This document shows positions 39,872 to 48,864 of a DNA stretch of 50,308 bases, piece by piece. Source of the stretch: Planctomycetota bacterium. Its GTDB lineage: Bacteria > Planctomycetota > Planctomycetia > Pirellulales > UBA1268. The notes under the pieces were generated by a model that saw only the letters and a program-made list of their open reading frames with translations, searched no databases and was not told the origin of the DNA. The position numbers were made by a program, and so were the translations under genes. The stretch covers positions 1 to 50,308 of the forward strand of contig QWQH01000020.1 in assembly GCA_003670915.1 (NCBI GenBank), given 5' to 3'. Position 1 is the first letter of the stretch. Every line of letters starts with the position of its first letter.

Positions 39872-41041
39872 TCATAAACAATCCCCACTCTCGCGGCTCA
39901 GCAGTTCCATGGATTTTGTATTGCGCTCAACAGCCAGCACAACGGTCTGGCGATCACTGCCATCGGCCGTGCTCGCCACAATCGGCAAGACCTGACGCTT
40001 GTTCGGCATGTCGACTCGCACGCGAAAAGTGCCATCTGGTTGTACCTTCACCGGCTCGCCATGCAGCGTGACGTAGGCGCCAGGTTGAGTCGTACCATAG
40101 ACAATCATCTCGGCACCCACGTCTAGATGGAGGGTTTTGGCTCTCAAAGAGGTCGGGGTATCGAGCGCCGAGGCCTTGGACACTGGAGGCCCCATCGGTC
40201 GCTGGAGCCGCTCCTCGAAGAGTTCCTGTAATTCCGTGCTATTGTTTTCAGACGAAAAGCCACCGCTCATGGCATAGATCTTTTCACAGTCGCCCACCAT
40301 GTCCCCCCAATGGCTGTCCAATGCATCGACCTGTGAGGTCGTTGGCGTGGCTACAGAGTTGCTGCGGGCCAGCAAGTGAAAACGACCGGTGAGGGCGAGG
40401 TAGCCGATCTCAACCCGGCATCGCAGCGGGGTACGGATGTCAATAAACCAGTTTTTGACGCCACCGTGAACCTCGATCGTTCGGACCACTCTCTCCGAGG
40501 GGGATGCTTGGATGCCGTTTTCAACCTCCAGCAGCCGTAACACAGGTCGCGCACCATGCCATTCCTGTCCAAGGGCAGCCTGCGCCCGCGCAATACTTCG
40601 AGGAGTGACCTCCCAAAACGCATGCAGCCAGTGCGGGCCTCGCACCATGATCACCATTCGATCACGAGCCATCCGAGAGGAGCGGCCATGTTCGGAGCGG
40701 GTGGCCATGTTTTTCGCGCGAGACAGTCTATCCCGAGCGTCCTGAATTCGCTCGGCTACTGCAGCGTCTCGCATGGCATTGGTGGGCTTGGAGCGTGGAG
40801 GCTGCGGCGCACGTGCCATCGGTGACTGCAAAGGGACCCGTACTGTGGCCAGTGAGGGGACGGACAAGACAGGCCCAGAGAGCCTTGCAGCGGCCGCTAC
40901 GGGTTGTCGCGATCGAGCCTTTCGGACCAGTGCCCGAATGAGCTGGTCTTTTCGCATCGCGTGCCATCCCAACACGCCGTGCTGCTTGGCGAGGCGTGCC
41001 AGATCCCGAACAGGCTTTTCTTTTAGGCTTGCCGTTGTCAC
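39872..41041 (-). CDS. Rho_N-like N-terminal module + DUF4912-like protein
   Basis: GTG start with GAGGGA 7 nt upstream. LKEKPVRDLARLAKQHGVLGWHAMRKDQLIRALV resembles the Rho N-terminal module. MVIMVRGPHWLHAFWEV...VLRLLEV resembles DUF4912. Both assignments are from memory. Confidence 0.65.
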   Translation of the reverse strand: MTTASLKEKPVRDLARLAKQHGVLGWHAMRKDQLIRALVRKARSRQPVAAAARLSGPVLSVPSLATVRVPLQSPMARAPQPPRSKPTNAMRDAAVAERIQDARDRLSRAKNMATRSEHGRSSRMARDRMVIMVRGPHWLHAFWEVTPRSIARAQAALGQEWHGARPVLRLLEVENGIQASPSERVVRTIEVHGGVKNWFIDIRTPLRCRVEIGYLALTGRFHLLARSNSVATPTTSQVDALDSHWGDMVGDCEKIYAMSGGFSSENNSTELQELFEERLQRPMGPPVSKASALDTPTSLRAKTLHLDVGAEMIVYGTTQPGAYVTLHGEPVKVQPDGTFRVRVDMPNKRQVLPIVASTADGSDRQTVVLAVERNTKSMELLSRESGDCL

Positions 41042-41184
41042 AAAGAATCCCTCATGTGGGTGTTGAACCTGCGAAACGCACGCCCTTCAACACTACCCAG
41101 AATGGGGTTTCAACGCAACTCATGCACCCCCTTTTTGGGTGGTTTTCGGGTTTGCGGGCCTCTTTCGAAGCACCCAGCGACCGG

Positions 41185-42588
41185 TTACTCCCCCCTCAAT
41201 TTCAGGCCCCTTTCGGCAAGTTTTTCGCGAACCTCGTTGAGACTCGTCACACCAAAATTCTTGCACTCCATGAGATCCTCGCCAGTCCGGCGAGCAATGT
41301 CGCCGATCGTCTGAAGCCCCAATTTGCTCGTGCACTTCCTGGCACGCACTGAAAGATGGAGTTCACCAATCGGAAGCGAATACACTTCCTGATCGTCGGC
41401 CGAGGGTTCCTCTGGTTCGGGCACAGGCTCTTCTACGGGAGCAGGATCGGCCAACTGACCCAGCGAGAGACCCTTGGATGCAAGCATCTCTTTGATCTCT
41501 ACAAGGCTTGTCTCGCCAAAGTTTTTGCTTTCCAGAATTGCATTCTCGCTTGTTCGTGCCAAATCGCCGAGCGTCATGATGCCCATTTTCTGAAGGCAGT
41601 TGCGACTACGCACCGAGAGTTCAAAATCGGTCACTGGCAGCGACAGCACATGATCCAGACGGTCGCGCTGCTTCTGTTCGTTCTCATCCATCTGCAGATC
41701 GCCCGACGCGGACGAATCCTTTAAGAAAAGCCGCGCGCGAGGATGGGATGGAAACGCTTCCAAGATGCGTTTGTAACACCGTTGAGCGTGCTTGAAATCG
41801 TCCTTATCTTCGTAGATCAGGCCGAGGTTGATCAGTGCGCCAACCGACGCCGGATACCGCTTGAGTGACCGCTCAAAACAATCCTGAGCCTCCTCGTCAT
41901 TCCCCACCCGATCATTGATCACGCCCATGGCGAACAGCGCTCCGGGGTGGCCGGCATCGATGGCGAGTGCCTTTTCAAAAGCTTCGACGGCTTGGGTCAG
42001 CGGCATGTGGGTGTCGCTGAGCATCGAGCCCTTGAGAGCCCAGTAATCAGCCGAATCGCTCTGCGACGGGTTGATGCCGTCGAGTATTTTGCTGGCAGCA
42101 TCGAGTTGGCCACTAGCCCGCAGCGCTGCGGCGATGGCCACTGTGCAGGCCGTGGCATCGTACCCAGCCTTTTGCGCGCCGGCGAATGCGGCCTGTGCGT
42201 CTGCAAAGTGAGAGGTCGCGGATGATTCACTCGATTCGGAACGAGTCGATGCATCGAAGTCTGGTTGGTCGAGGCCTCCGATGGCTGCGTGAGCCTGGCC
42301 TGCGTAAAATAACGCAAGAGCGCTACCGTCTGCAGATTTGAGCGTTTCAATCGCTTCTGTCGGCCTGCCAAGGATGAATTGACACACTCCCAGCCTGACG
42401 GACGATGCCGGGCTGCGTTCTCCAACGCTTTCGAGTTCTTGAACAGCGCCTCGCAAATCTCTGTGCGAGGCTGGATCCTCGGCCAACGTCTCGAGAAGGC
42501 CCCGGATGTCGGCTGGACCAAATGGTCCTGTGCCCGTGACAAGATCTCGGATATCAACACCGACAGCAACGTTAGGCGTGGAAACCAT
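41185..42588 (-). CDS. TPR-repeat protein with two tandem RNA polymerase alpha-subunit C-terminal-domain (alpha-CTD) copies
   Basis: Copy 1 (41458-41658): DFELSVRSRNCLQKMGIMTLGDLARTSENAILESKNFGETSLVEIKEMLASKGLSLG. Copy 2 (41188-41385): ELHLSVRARKCTSKLGLQTIGDIARRTGEDLMECKNFGVTSLNEVREKLAERGLKL. Both are collinear with E. coli RpoA ~255-320. No alpha-NTD is present. Confidence 0.8.
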   Translation of the reverse strand: MVSTPNVAVGVDIRDLVTGTGPFGPADIRGLLETLAEDPASHRDLRGAVQELESVGERSPASSVRLGVCQFILGRPTEAIETLKSADGSALALFYAGQAHAAIGGLDQPDFDASTRSESSESSATSHFADAQAAFAGAQKAGYDATACTVAIAAALRASGQLDAASKILDGINPSQSDSADYWALKGSMLSDTHMPLTQAVEAFEKALAIDAGHPGALFAMGVINDRVGNDEEAQDCFERSLKRYPASVGALINLGLIYEDKDDFKHAQRCYKRILEAFPSHPRARLFLKDSSASGDLQMDENEQKQRDRLDHVLSLPVTDFELSVRSRNCLQKMGIMTLGDLARTSENAILESKNFGETSLVEIKEMLASKGLSLGQLADPAPVEEPVPEPEEPSADDQEVYSLPIGELHLSVRARKCTSKLGLQTIGDIARRTGEDLMECKNFGVTSLNEVREKLAERGLKLRGE

Positions 42589-42647
42589 GGGGTAAAAACC
42601 TTCTACTGGTGAGGAACGAATCAAAAACGAAATGGTATCGCGTCAAA

Positions 42648-42721
42648 AGCCAGCGGTGGGAATCGAACCCACAACCCCCGCATTACGAATGCGGTGCTCT
42701 GCCAATTGAAGCTACGCTGGC
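42648..42721 (-). tRNA. tRNA-Thr (anticodon CGU)
   Basis: Hand-folded cloverleaf: acceptor GCCAGCG/CGCTGGC, anticodon stem CCGCA/TGCGG with loop TTCGTAA, T-arm GTGGG-TTCGATT-CCCAC, discriminator U. CCA is not encoded. Confidence 0.9.
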
Positions 42722-43087
42722 ACGAACCGAATCTTTCGAACCCAGAGCGTTGACGAGCAGAGTTCGCTCGCGCACGGTGTCTTCGCGGTCTTGTGGTGGC
42801 CCATCCTTCTGCTTGGAACGTTGGTTGTTGATCGGTTGTGAGGCGCAGCCTCGCACGGCAACAAACTGCCGACCAGAACACCGCAAAATAGCGCAGGAAG
42901 CCATCAAACGTCAAGAGTCGGTGTTTCTGTGCGTATCATAACCCAGTCCGGGCTCTGCACCCCCCTCTCCTGGCAAGGGCTCGAAAAGCCCTGGGTCAGG
43001 GACCGCTGCACGGCAAGTCTGGAGCCTTTGCAGCAGCGTGGACGTTTCAGAGGCAGACGTCTCCAACCCGAGAGACGGGCTTGGGAC

Positions 43088-43188
43088 AATAAAAAAGTGG
43101 GGCCTCAGACTTGGCAGGAGCATCCTGCCATGGGCATGCGGGTCAGGGGCAAGACAACCGCACGTCCGAAAAAAGTCGAAGGCCCCAC
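43088..43188 (-). terminator. terminator-like compound hairpin ending in U6 on the minus strand
   Basis: On the minus strand, GUGGGGCC (43188-43181) pairs with GGCCCCAC (43104-43097), followed by UUUUUUAUU. It encloses an 8-bp hairpin UGGCAGGA-UGC-UCCUGCCA (43130-43112). The 76-nt interior is atypical for an intrinsic terminator. Confidence 0.25.
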
Positions 43189-43474
43189 CTTGAAAACGGT
43201 GGAGTGTCAGAAACTGGAATTTCCAACGCTTCTGTTGAGGTGCACGTGGCGTGCCAAAAAGTATGCGTGGTCCACGTTTGTTTGAGACGGGTTTTTAGGG
43301 GATCCACGCGGAGAGGCACTCGGGAGAGGTGTCTGATTCTGCTCAGGCGCGTAGCGTTTTTGATCAATGCAGGATGTTTTTTTGTCCGTTCCTCTTTGGA
43401 TGCATCGGATCGCTCGCGGGGCTTGTATGCTAGCGGCCTCTGGCAGCAACACGCTGCGACGTGGGCCAGCGACG

Positions 43475-44371
43475 ATGATTTCCGCACCGACGCAATTGAA
43501 AAGGAACACCACCGTGACCCCCCACTTGCCAGCACTCATCGGCCCTCATCACTGCGGGCCGGATCGCCCATTGCTTGTGATTGCCGGCCCCTGTGTGATT
43601 CAAAGCCAGAGCCTCTGCCTCCAGATCGCCGAAACCCTCGCCGCTCTGGCGAGGCGATTGCCGATCCAAGTTGTTTTTAAGGCGTCGTTCGACAAGGCCA
43701 ACCGCACGAGCGGCGGTTCTTTTCGAGGCCCTGGGTTAAGCGAGGGGCTGGCTGTGTTGGAGAAAGTGCGTTCGGCCACAGGCCTTCCGGTGACCACCGA
43801 CGTACACCTCCCCGAGCAGGCGACCGCGGCGGGTAACGTGTGCGACATGATTCAAATCCCAGCGTTTCTCTGCCGCCAAACAGACCTCTTGTTGGCGGCG
43901 GCGGCCACGGGCCGCGCGGTGAACGTCAAGAAGGGCCAGTTCGTCGCTCCCAGCGAGATGATGCACGCAGTCGCAAAACTTCTGGCGGGAGGCTGCCGCG
44001 ATATTTGCCTTTGCGAACGGGGGACATTTTTTGGCTACGGCCGGTTAGTCAACGATTTTTCAGGACTGCTGACGATGCGGGCGTTCGGAGTGCCAGTTAT
44101 TTTTGATGCCACGCATTCGGTGCAGCAACCGGCCAGCTTGGGCGGGGCCACCGGCGGGGATCGGGAGTTGGTCGAGCCGCTGGCGCGGGCGGCTGCGGCG
44201 GTGGGCATCGATGGACTTTTTTTGGAAACCCACCCAGATCCCGATTCCAGTCCCAGCGATGGGGCTAACATGGTGCCGCTGGATCGCCTCGCTGGCGTGC
44301 TGGAGCGAGTGCTACGGATTCACGAAGCTCGGTTGGCAGGAATGGTGGCTGCAAAAGGAGCAGAAGGATGA
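43475..44371 (+). CDS. kdsA: 3-deoxy-8-phosphooctulonate (KDO-8-P) synthase
   Basis: [57 protein letters not shown] and [13 protein letters not shown]. Confidence 0.9.
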   Translation: MISAPTQLKRNTTVTPHLPALIGPHHCGPDRPLLVIAGPCVIQSQSLCLQIAETLAALARRLPIQVVFKASFDKANRTSGGSFRGPGLSEGLAVLEKVRSATGLPVTTDVHLPEQATAAGNVCDMIQIPAFLCRQTDLLLAAAATGRAVNVKKGQFVAPSEMMHAVAKLLAGGCRDICLCERGTFFGYGRLVNDFSGLLTMRAFGVPVIFDATHSVQQPASLGGATGGDRELVEPLARAAAAVGIDGLFLETHPDPDSSPSDGANMVPLDRLAGVLERVLRIHEARLAGMVAAKGAEG

Positions 44372-46113
44372 AGCCGGTCGGCAAGCCTTTGGCACAATTC
44401 AGGGAGACACTCCCGGCCCAGTGTGGGCGTGGACGGAGTGCGTGCCGATGGAGCGTCTTGGGGTGGTTGGGATGGATCGTGTTGGGAGGCATCCCATGCG
44501 CCGGATGTACGGGATGCGGCCCATCGGGTGCGGCAACGCGGGGCAATGTGTCTGCGCCAGCCACAACTGTTGGTCTGCCGCCAGCAATGCCACAGGCGGT
44601 GCTCGACAAATTGCTGGAGGGAGCCATGTCGGTGTTGGGCCATCTGGACAACTACGACGAGGCTCTGGCGCGTGCGCAGGTGTTTGATCGGCTCAACCAG
44701 TGGAGCCACGCGGTGGGTGTCCCGGCGGGAAGCCAAGAGTGGCGAATCGATCCACTCATCGAAACACTGCCGTTGGAATTGCGAGAGAGTTATTTGTTGG
44801 AGCAGGATGCAAGCGTGCATGGAGCCAGCGGAAGCGTTCGGTTGCAGCCTTTGGACAGTGGTGTGTTTGATGCATCGGCCGATGTCACTGCCTTGCGGGA
44901 TCAACGTTGGCTCGCCGACATTGCCGCTTACGCTCGCGGCGACGCGATCGACGATATCGATGTTGCAAAAAATATTTTTGATTGGACGATCCGTTCGCTG
45001 GCAATTTCGAGCGATCCACCGATGGTGCCAACAGCCACGAATCCAGGGTCGCGATGGTTTTTGCCTGGAGAAATCCTGCTTTCCGGGCGTGCCAGCGGCC
45101 CGCAGCGGGCGTGGATTTTCCTCGAACTTGTGCGACACGCGGGGCTGGATGGAGTCATGTTGGCCACGGGCGATGCCACCCTGCAGCCGTGGATTCCGGC
45201 CGTCCTTTCAGGCGGCGAGGCCTATCTCTTCGAGCCCACCTACGGCATGCCGATTCCCGGCCCACGCGGCGAGGGTGTGGCCACCGCCCGGCTGGCAGCA
45301 TCCGACCCTTCGATTTTGCGAGGGCTTTCGCTTCCCGATCGACCCTATCCCGTACAGGCCGCAGACATCGCAGGGCTCTCGGTGCTCGTGGCGGCCACGC
45401 CCGAAAGCCTCTCGCGGCGGATGCAGATGCTGGACGAGCATCTGGCTGGTGGGATGCAAATCAACCTGGCTGTGGCAGCCACGCCGCTGGGGCAGCGGGC
45501 CTGCAGTGCGTTGCCCGGCAATGGAGGCGGCTCACCCAAGCTGTGGGAATTTCCCTGGGAGGTGCTGCGTCGTCGTCGCACCGATGCCGCGACGGTGAAT
45601 GCAGCTATCGGCCGCGAGTTGGCGGTGATGGGAGTCACCATGCAGCAGTCGGCCGTGGGGGGGCAATCGCGCCGAGTGGTTCGTCCGCTCTACGCAGCTC
45701 GTCTGCGAGAGTTTCGCGGTGAACTCGACGGTGCAGACGGAGCAAAGCTGTCCTATCTGTTGGCCAGGCCGGCCAATGCAGCGATCGCGGAGGCCGTCAA
45801 ACAGGCCCCCCCGCCCCAAGCCGACGCGATCCAGCGGCTCTACGAACAGATGAAGCAAGACGCAACGTACTGGCTCGGCTCGCTCACGCTGGCCGAAAAA
45901 GACTACGAAACGGCAGCCGATTATCTGGACAGGATGACGCTCCAGGCGGCTCCCGATGGCCGATGGGCCGATGCGGCAAGGACTCACCTGGCCCGCGTCT
46001 GGATCGGGATGGGTCGCAACGCCAAAGCGATTGAGTTGCTCCGCGAAGATCCATCCCCCCAGCGTTTTGGGAGTCGGTTGCTGGCCGACAGCCTCGAGAA
46101 AAAGCCTCGCTAA
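44368..46113 (+). CDS. hypothetical exported protein/lipoprotein; possible catalytically dead transglutaminase-like core + C-terminal TPR-like region
   Basis: Its ATG overlaps the kdsA stop (ATGA). N-terminal hydrophobic segment ends in CAGCTGCG. The block [10 protein letters not shown]...[26 protein letters not shown]...[11 protein letters not shown] has the spacing of a transglutaminase-like core but lacks the Cys. The domain call is weak. Confidence 0.6.
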   Translation: MKPVGKPLAQFRETLPAQCGRGRSACRWSVLGWLGWIVLGGIPCAGCTGCGPSGAATRGNVSAPATTVGLPPAMPQAVLDKLLEGAMSVLGHLDNYDEALARAQVFDRLNQWSHAVGVPAGSQEWRIDPLIETLPLELRESYLLEQDASVHGASGSVRLQPLDSGVFDASADVTALRDQRWLADIAAYARGDAIDDIDVAKNIFDWTIRSLAISSDPPMVPTATNPGSRWFLPGEILLSGRASGPQRAWIFLELVRHAGLDGVMLATGDATLQPWIPAVLSGGEAYLFEPTYGMPIPGPRGEGVATARLAASDPSILRGLSLPDRPYPVQAADIAGLSVLVAATPESLSRRMQMLDEHLAGGMQINLAVAATPLGQRACSALPGNGGGSPKLWEFPWEVLRRRRTDAATVNAAIGRELAVMGVTMQQSAVGGQSRRVVRPLYAARLREFRGELDGADGAKLSYLLARPANAAIAEAVKQAPPPQADAIQRLYEQMKQDATYWLGSLTLAEKDYETAADYLDRMTLQAAPDGRWADAARTHLARVWIGMGRNAKAIELLREDPSPQRFGSRLLADSLEKKPR

Positions 46114-46166
46114 TCCCCTTCGCTTGGTGTGGTCAAACCGATGGTCAACGGCGTTGAGTGGAGTGC

Positions 46167-46192
46167 CCGTGCCCCCAAGGGCGACGGCTTTT
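46167..46192 (+). terminator. possible intrinsic terminator after the 44368-46113 gene
   Basis: CCGTGCCC-CCAA-GGGCGACGG forms 8 bp with one bulge, followed by CTTTTG. Confidence 0.3.
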
Positions 46193-46404
46193 GAGCGTGC
46201 CTAACGGTCAAAAGCTGCCTGAGTTGCGGAGATTGTGTTTCTGCGTTGCCCCGTTCGCCTTCAGCGGGTATTCTCAGGCATAAGTCGCTGCGGAGCTGTG
46301 CAAGCCACGCAGGAATGATTCAATGCCGCACAAGTGTCTGCCCCGGCATTTTCAGTTTGAAGTCAGCCATTGACACGTTCACAAGCTAAAAAAGTAGTAC
46401 GACC

Positions 46405-46668
46405 ATGAAAGACGGCATCCATCCCAAGTACATCGACACCCTCGTTCGCTGCGGCTGCGGCAACACGTTTTCCACCCGCAGCACGGTGCCCGAGATGAAG
46501 GTTGATATTTGCAACGTCTGCCACCCTTTCTTTACAGGCAAGCTCAAGTTTGTGGATACGGCGGGCCGGATCGAGAAGTTTAAATCTAAGTTTGCCGAAG
46601 CCGGCTACGCCAGTCTCAAGAAGCCTAAGAAGCAGCCTGTCGCACCGGCGGAAGCGGCTTCCTCCTGA
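46405..46668 (+). CDS. rpmE: 50S ribosomal protein L31 (Zn-ribbon type A) with a Lys-rich C-terminal extension
   Basis: MKDGIHPKY...CGCGN...[11 protein letters not shown]. Confidence 0.95.
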   Translation: MKDGIHPKYIDTLVRCGCGNTFSTRSTVPEMKVDICNVCHPFFTGKLKFVDTAGRIEKFKSKFAEAGYASLKKPKKQPVAPAEAASS

Positions 46669-46767
46669 GGCGTTGCTCTCTTCGCGGGCGTGCAGCCCCG
46701 TTGAGACGCCCTTGAGGTCTCTTGGAGACAGAGAGCCTCTTGACTATGTGATTGTGGGCATTGATTC

Positions 46768-47871
46768 ATGCGCGACCAGCTCGAAGCCAAGCTTGCTCAC
46801 TTCGAGACACTCGAGCGGGCGCTCATCGATCCAGATGTACTGGCTCAGCCGCAGCGACTTGCCGCTGTGGCCCGCGAGCACGGTAGCCTCGCAAAAATGG
46901 CACGCAAATATCGGAATTTCGTCCTACTCGAGCGGGAGATCTGCGAGCATCTTGAGATGAGCAAGGGCGACGATCACGATCTCAGGGCTTTAGCTCAGGC
47001 AGAATTACCGGCTCTGGAGCACCGTCGCGAGCGGGAGTGGAATGAGCTGATCGATTCGTGTTCCGACGATGAGGACGCCGATCGCTCGAGGTGTATCGTG
47101 GAGCTTCGCGCGGGCACCGGCGGCGACGAGGCTGCACTGTTCGTGCGGAACATTTACGAGATGTACAGACGCTATGGCGTTGAGCAGGGTTGGGATATCG
47201 AGGTGCTGGATGCCAGTGCGACCGAATTGGGTGGATTTAAGGAACTCGTACTGGGCGTGTCGGGCGAAGGGGTGTATCGCAAGTTGCAGTTTGAGAGCGG
47301 AGGCCACCGCGTGCAGCGGGTGCCCGACACCGAAACGAAGGGCCGCATCCACACATCGGCGGCTACGGTAGCCGTGCTGCCGGAACCGGAGGACGTGGAG
47401 GTGTCGATCGCACCGGACGAATACCGCAAAGATCTCTTCTGTGCCAGCGGCCCGGGTGGACAACACGTGAATAAGACGGCATCGGCCGTGCGGCTCACGC
47501 ATCTGGAAAGTGGTCTGGTTGTGCAGTGCCAAGATGAAAAGAGCCAGCACAAAAATCTAGCCAAAGCATTACGAGTGCTCAAAACTCGGCTCTATGAACT
47601 CCGGCGAAGTGTCGAGCACGAGAAGCGGGCCACTGAGCGTCGCACGCTGGTGGGGTCAGGCGATCGCAGCCAACGCATTCGCACGTACAACTTCCCGCAA
47701 AACCGCCTCACAGACCACCGAATCAACGAGAGCTTTACGCTGGACCAAGTGCTTGCTGGACGGCTCGGGATGGTGATCCAAGCGATCGAGCAGCATGCTC
47801 GCCAGCAACGAAAAAATGAAATGGAACGTTCTTCGAAGGGCTCTACCGGATCTCTCCAAACGGGAGCGTAG
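46768..47871 (+). CDS. prfA: peptide chain release factor 1
   Basis: GGHRVQRVPDTETKGRIHTSA (PxT position) and SGPGGQHVNKT (GGQ). Confidence 0.95.
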   Translation: MRDQLEAKLAHFETLERALIDPDVLAQPQRLAAVAREHGSLAKMARKYRNFVLLEREICEHLEMSKGDDHDLRALAQAELPALEHRREREWNELIDSCSDDEDADRSRCIVELRAGTGGDEAALFVRNIYEMYRRYGVEQGWDIEVLDASATELGGFKELVLGVSGEGVYRKLQFESGGHRVQRVPDTETKGRIHTSAATVAVLPEPEDVEVSIAPDEYRKDLFCASGPGGQHVNKTASAVRLTHLESGLVVQCQDEKSQHKNLAKALRVLKTRLYELRRSVEHEKRATERRTLVGSGDRSQRIRTYNFPQNRLTDHRINESFTLDQVLAGRLGMVIQAIEQHARQQRKNEMERSSKGSTGSLQTGA

Positions 47872-47874
47872 GCC

Positions 47875-48750
47875 ATGAATGCGATGAATGCCGACGCGTG
47901 GACGGTGGGCCGCCTGCTCACATGGACAACCGATTGGCTTTCGGCGCGAGGGAGCGATTCGCCCCGACTGGATGCCGAAGTGCTCTTGGCGAGCGTGCGA
48001 GGGTGCCAGCGGATCGAAATTTATACAGCGTTTGAAACCGTAGTTGATGACGCTCAGCGAAGCCGATTTCGCGAACTGGTCAAGCGTCGCGGCGACGGGG
48101 AACCAGTTGCTTATCTGGTGGGAAGCCGTGAGTTTTTCTCGTTGCCGTTTCGCGTCAGTCCCGCCGTGCTCGTGCCGCGGCCCGAGACAGAAGGCTTAGT
48201 GGTGCGAGTGCTGGATATTTGTCGGCCTCTGGCCGCGGCGCGTATTGTAGATGTGGGCACAGGTTCAGGCGCAATCGCCATCGCGCTGGCCAAGCAGTTG
48301 CCCGCAGCTGCGATCACAGCCACCGACACGTCGGCCGACGCAATCGCGGTGGCTTGCGACAACGCCACGAGGCATGGCTTTGCCGGTCGGATCGCGTGCC
48401 TCCAGTGCGATCTGCTCGACCACCCGCAGGCTATTGGCCCATGGGATGTCATCGTCAGCAATCCTCCCTACGTGCGGGAAGATGAATTTGACTCGCTGCC
48501 AAGGGATGTCCGGCTGTATGAGCCCCGAGCGGCACTTGTCGCGGGCCCAACGGGGGTTGAGGTGATTCAACGTCTGATTGCAACTGCCGCCCCCAAGCTG
48601 GTGCCCGGCGGCTGGCTCATTATTGAAATCGGACCGGCTGTTTTCGCTGCGGCTGAAGCACTCTTGGCATCCCACGGGCAATTCACGCGCGGGCCAACAC
48701 TCCCAGATATGGCCGGTCTGCCACGCATCGTGCAGGCTCAACGCACGTAA
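47875..48750 (+). CDS. prmC: release-factor glutamine N5-methyltransferase
   Basis: VDVGTGSGAIA SAM motif and the SNPPY catalytic motif. It starts 3 nt after the prfA stop. Confidence 0.9.
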   Translation: MNAMNADAWTVGRLLTWTTDWLSARGSDSPRLDAEVLLASVRGCQRIEIYTAFETVVDDAQRSRFRELVKRRGDGEPVAYLVGSREFFSLPFRVSPAVLVPRPETEGLVVRVLDICRPLAAARIVDVGTGSGAIAIALAKQLPAAAITATDTSADAIAVACDNATRHGFAGRIACLQCDLLDHPQAIGPWDVIVSNPPYVREDEFDSLPRDVRLYEPRAALVAGPTGVEVIQRLIATAAPKLVPGGWLIIEIGPAVFAAAEALLASHGQFTRGPTLPDMAGLPRIVQAQRT

Positions 48751-48864
48751 TCGATACGAATCTTTCTTGGACGTTGCCCCTAGTTGCCCCTGCGCTCGTC
48801 TTTATAGAGAGAGAGTACGTTGGCGCATTTTCACACTCGGGTTCCCAATCCGTGGGAGTGTCCG

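Noticed and set aside
42900-43300. Possible RNase P RNA, SRP RNA or tmRNA in the gap
   Set aside because: AGTCCGGGCTC at 42945-42955 matches 11 nt of the RNase P CR-I/P4 strand. However, the GGAAAG context and the complementary ACAGAACCCGGCTTA-type element are missing on either strand. GGTCAGGGACC resembles the SRP helix-8 lead-in, but GGAAGCAGC is absent. There is no tRNA-like 3' end for tmRNA. An Infernal scan would settle this.
41185-43474. tRNA-Thr as an integration hotspot or genomic-island boundary
   Set aside because: I found no integrase or recombinase, no direct repeat of the tRNA 3' half nearby, and no obvious compositional shift. The gene 3' of the tRNA starts within ~60 nt.
42929-43680. 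ORFs 42929-43285(+), 43111-43680(+) and 43143-43535(-) in the tRNA-kdsA gap
   Set aside because: Cys/Arg/His-rich translations with no motif, mutually overlapping. I treated the region as non-coding (see the finding).
44320-45722. ORFs 44320-45138(-), 44423-45598(+) and 44982-45722(+)
   Set aside because: Alternative frames of the 44368-46113 gene. That frame is the only one translationally coupled to kdsA and with a protein-like composition.
46300-46404. Sigma-70 promoter upstream of rpmE (TTGACA at ~46369)
   Set aside because: The -35-like hexamer has no convincing -10 at 16-18 nt spacing, and the ATG would be only ~30 nt away. I left it uncalled.
47280-47340. RF1 tripeptide 'PDT' instead of the more familiar PAT/PVT
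   Set aside because: The middle residue of the PxT motif is variable in RF1 proteins. Everything else is canonical, so this is not evidence of altered stop-codon recognition.
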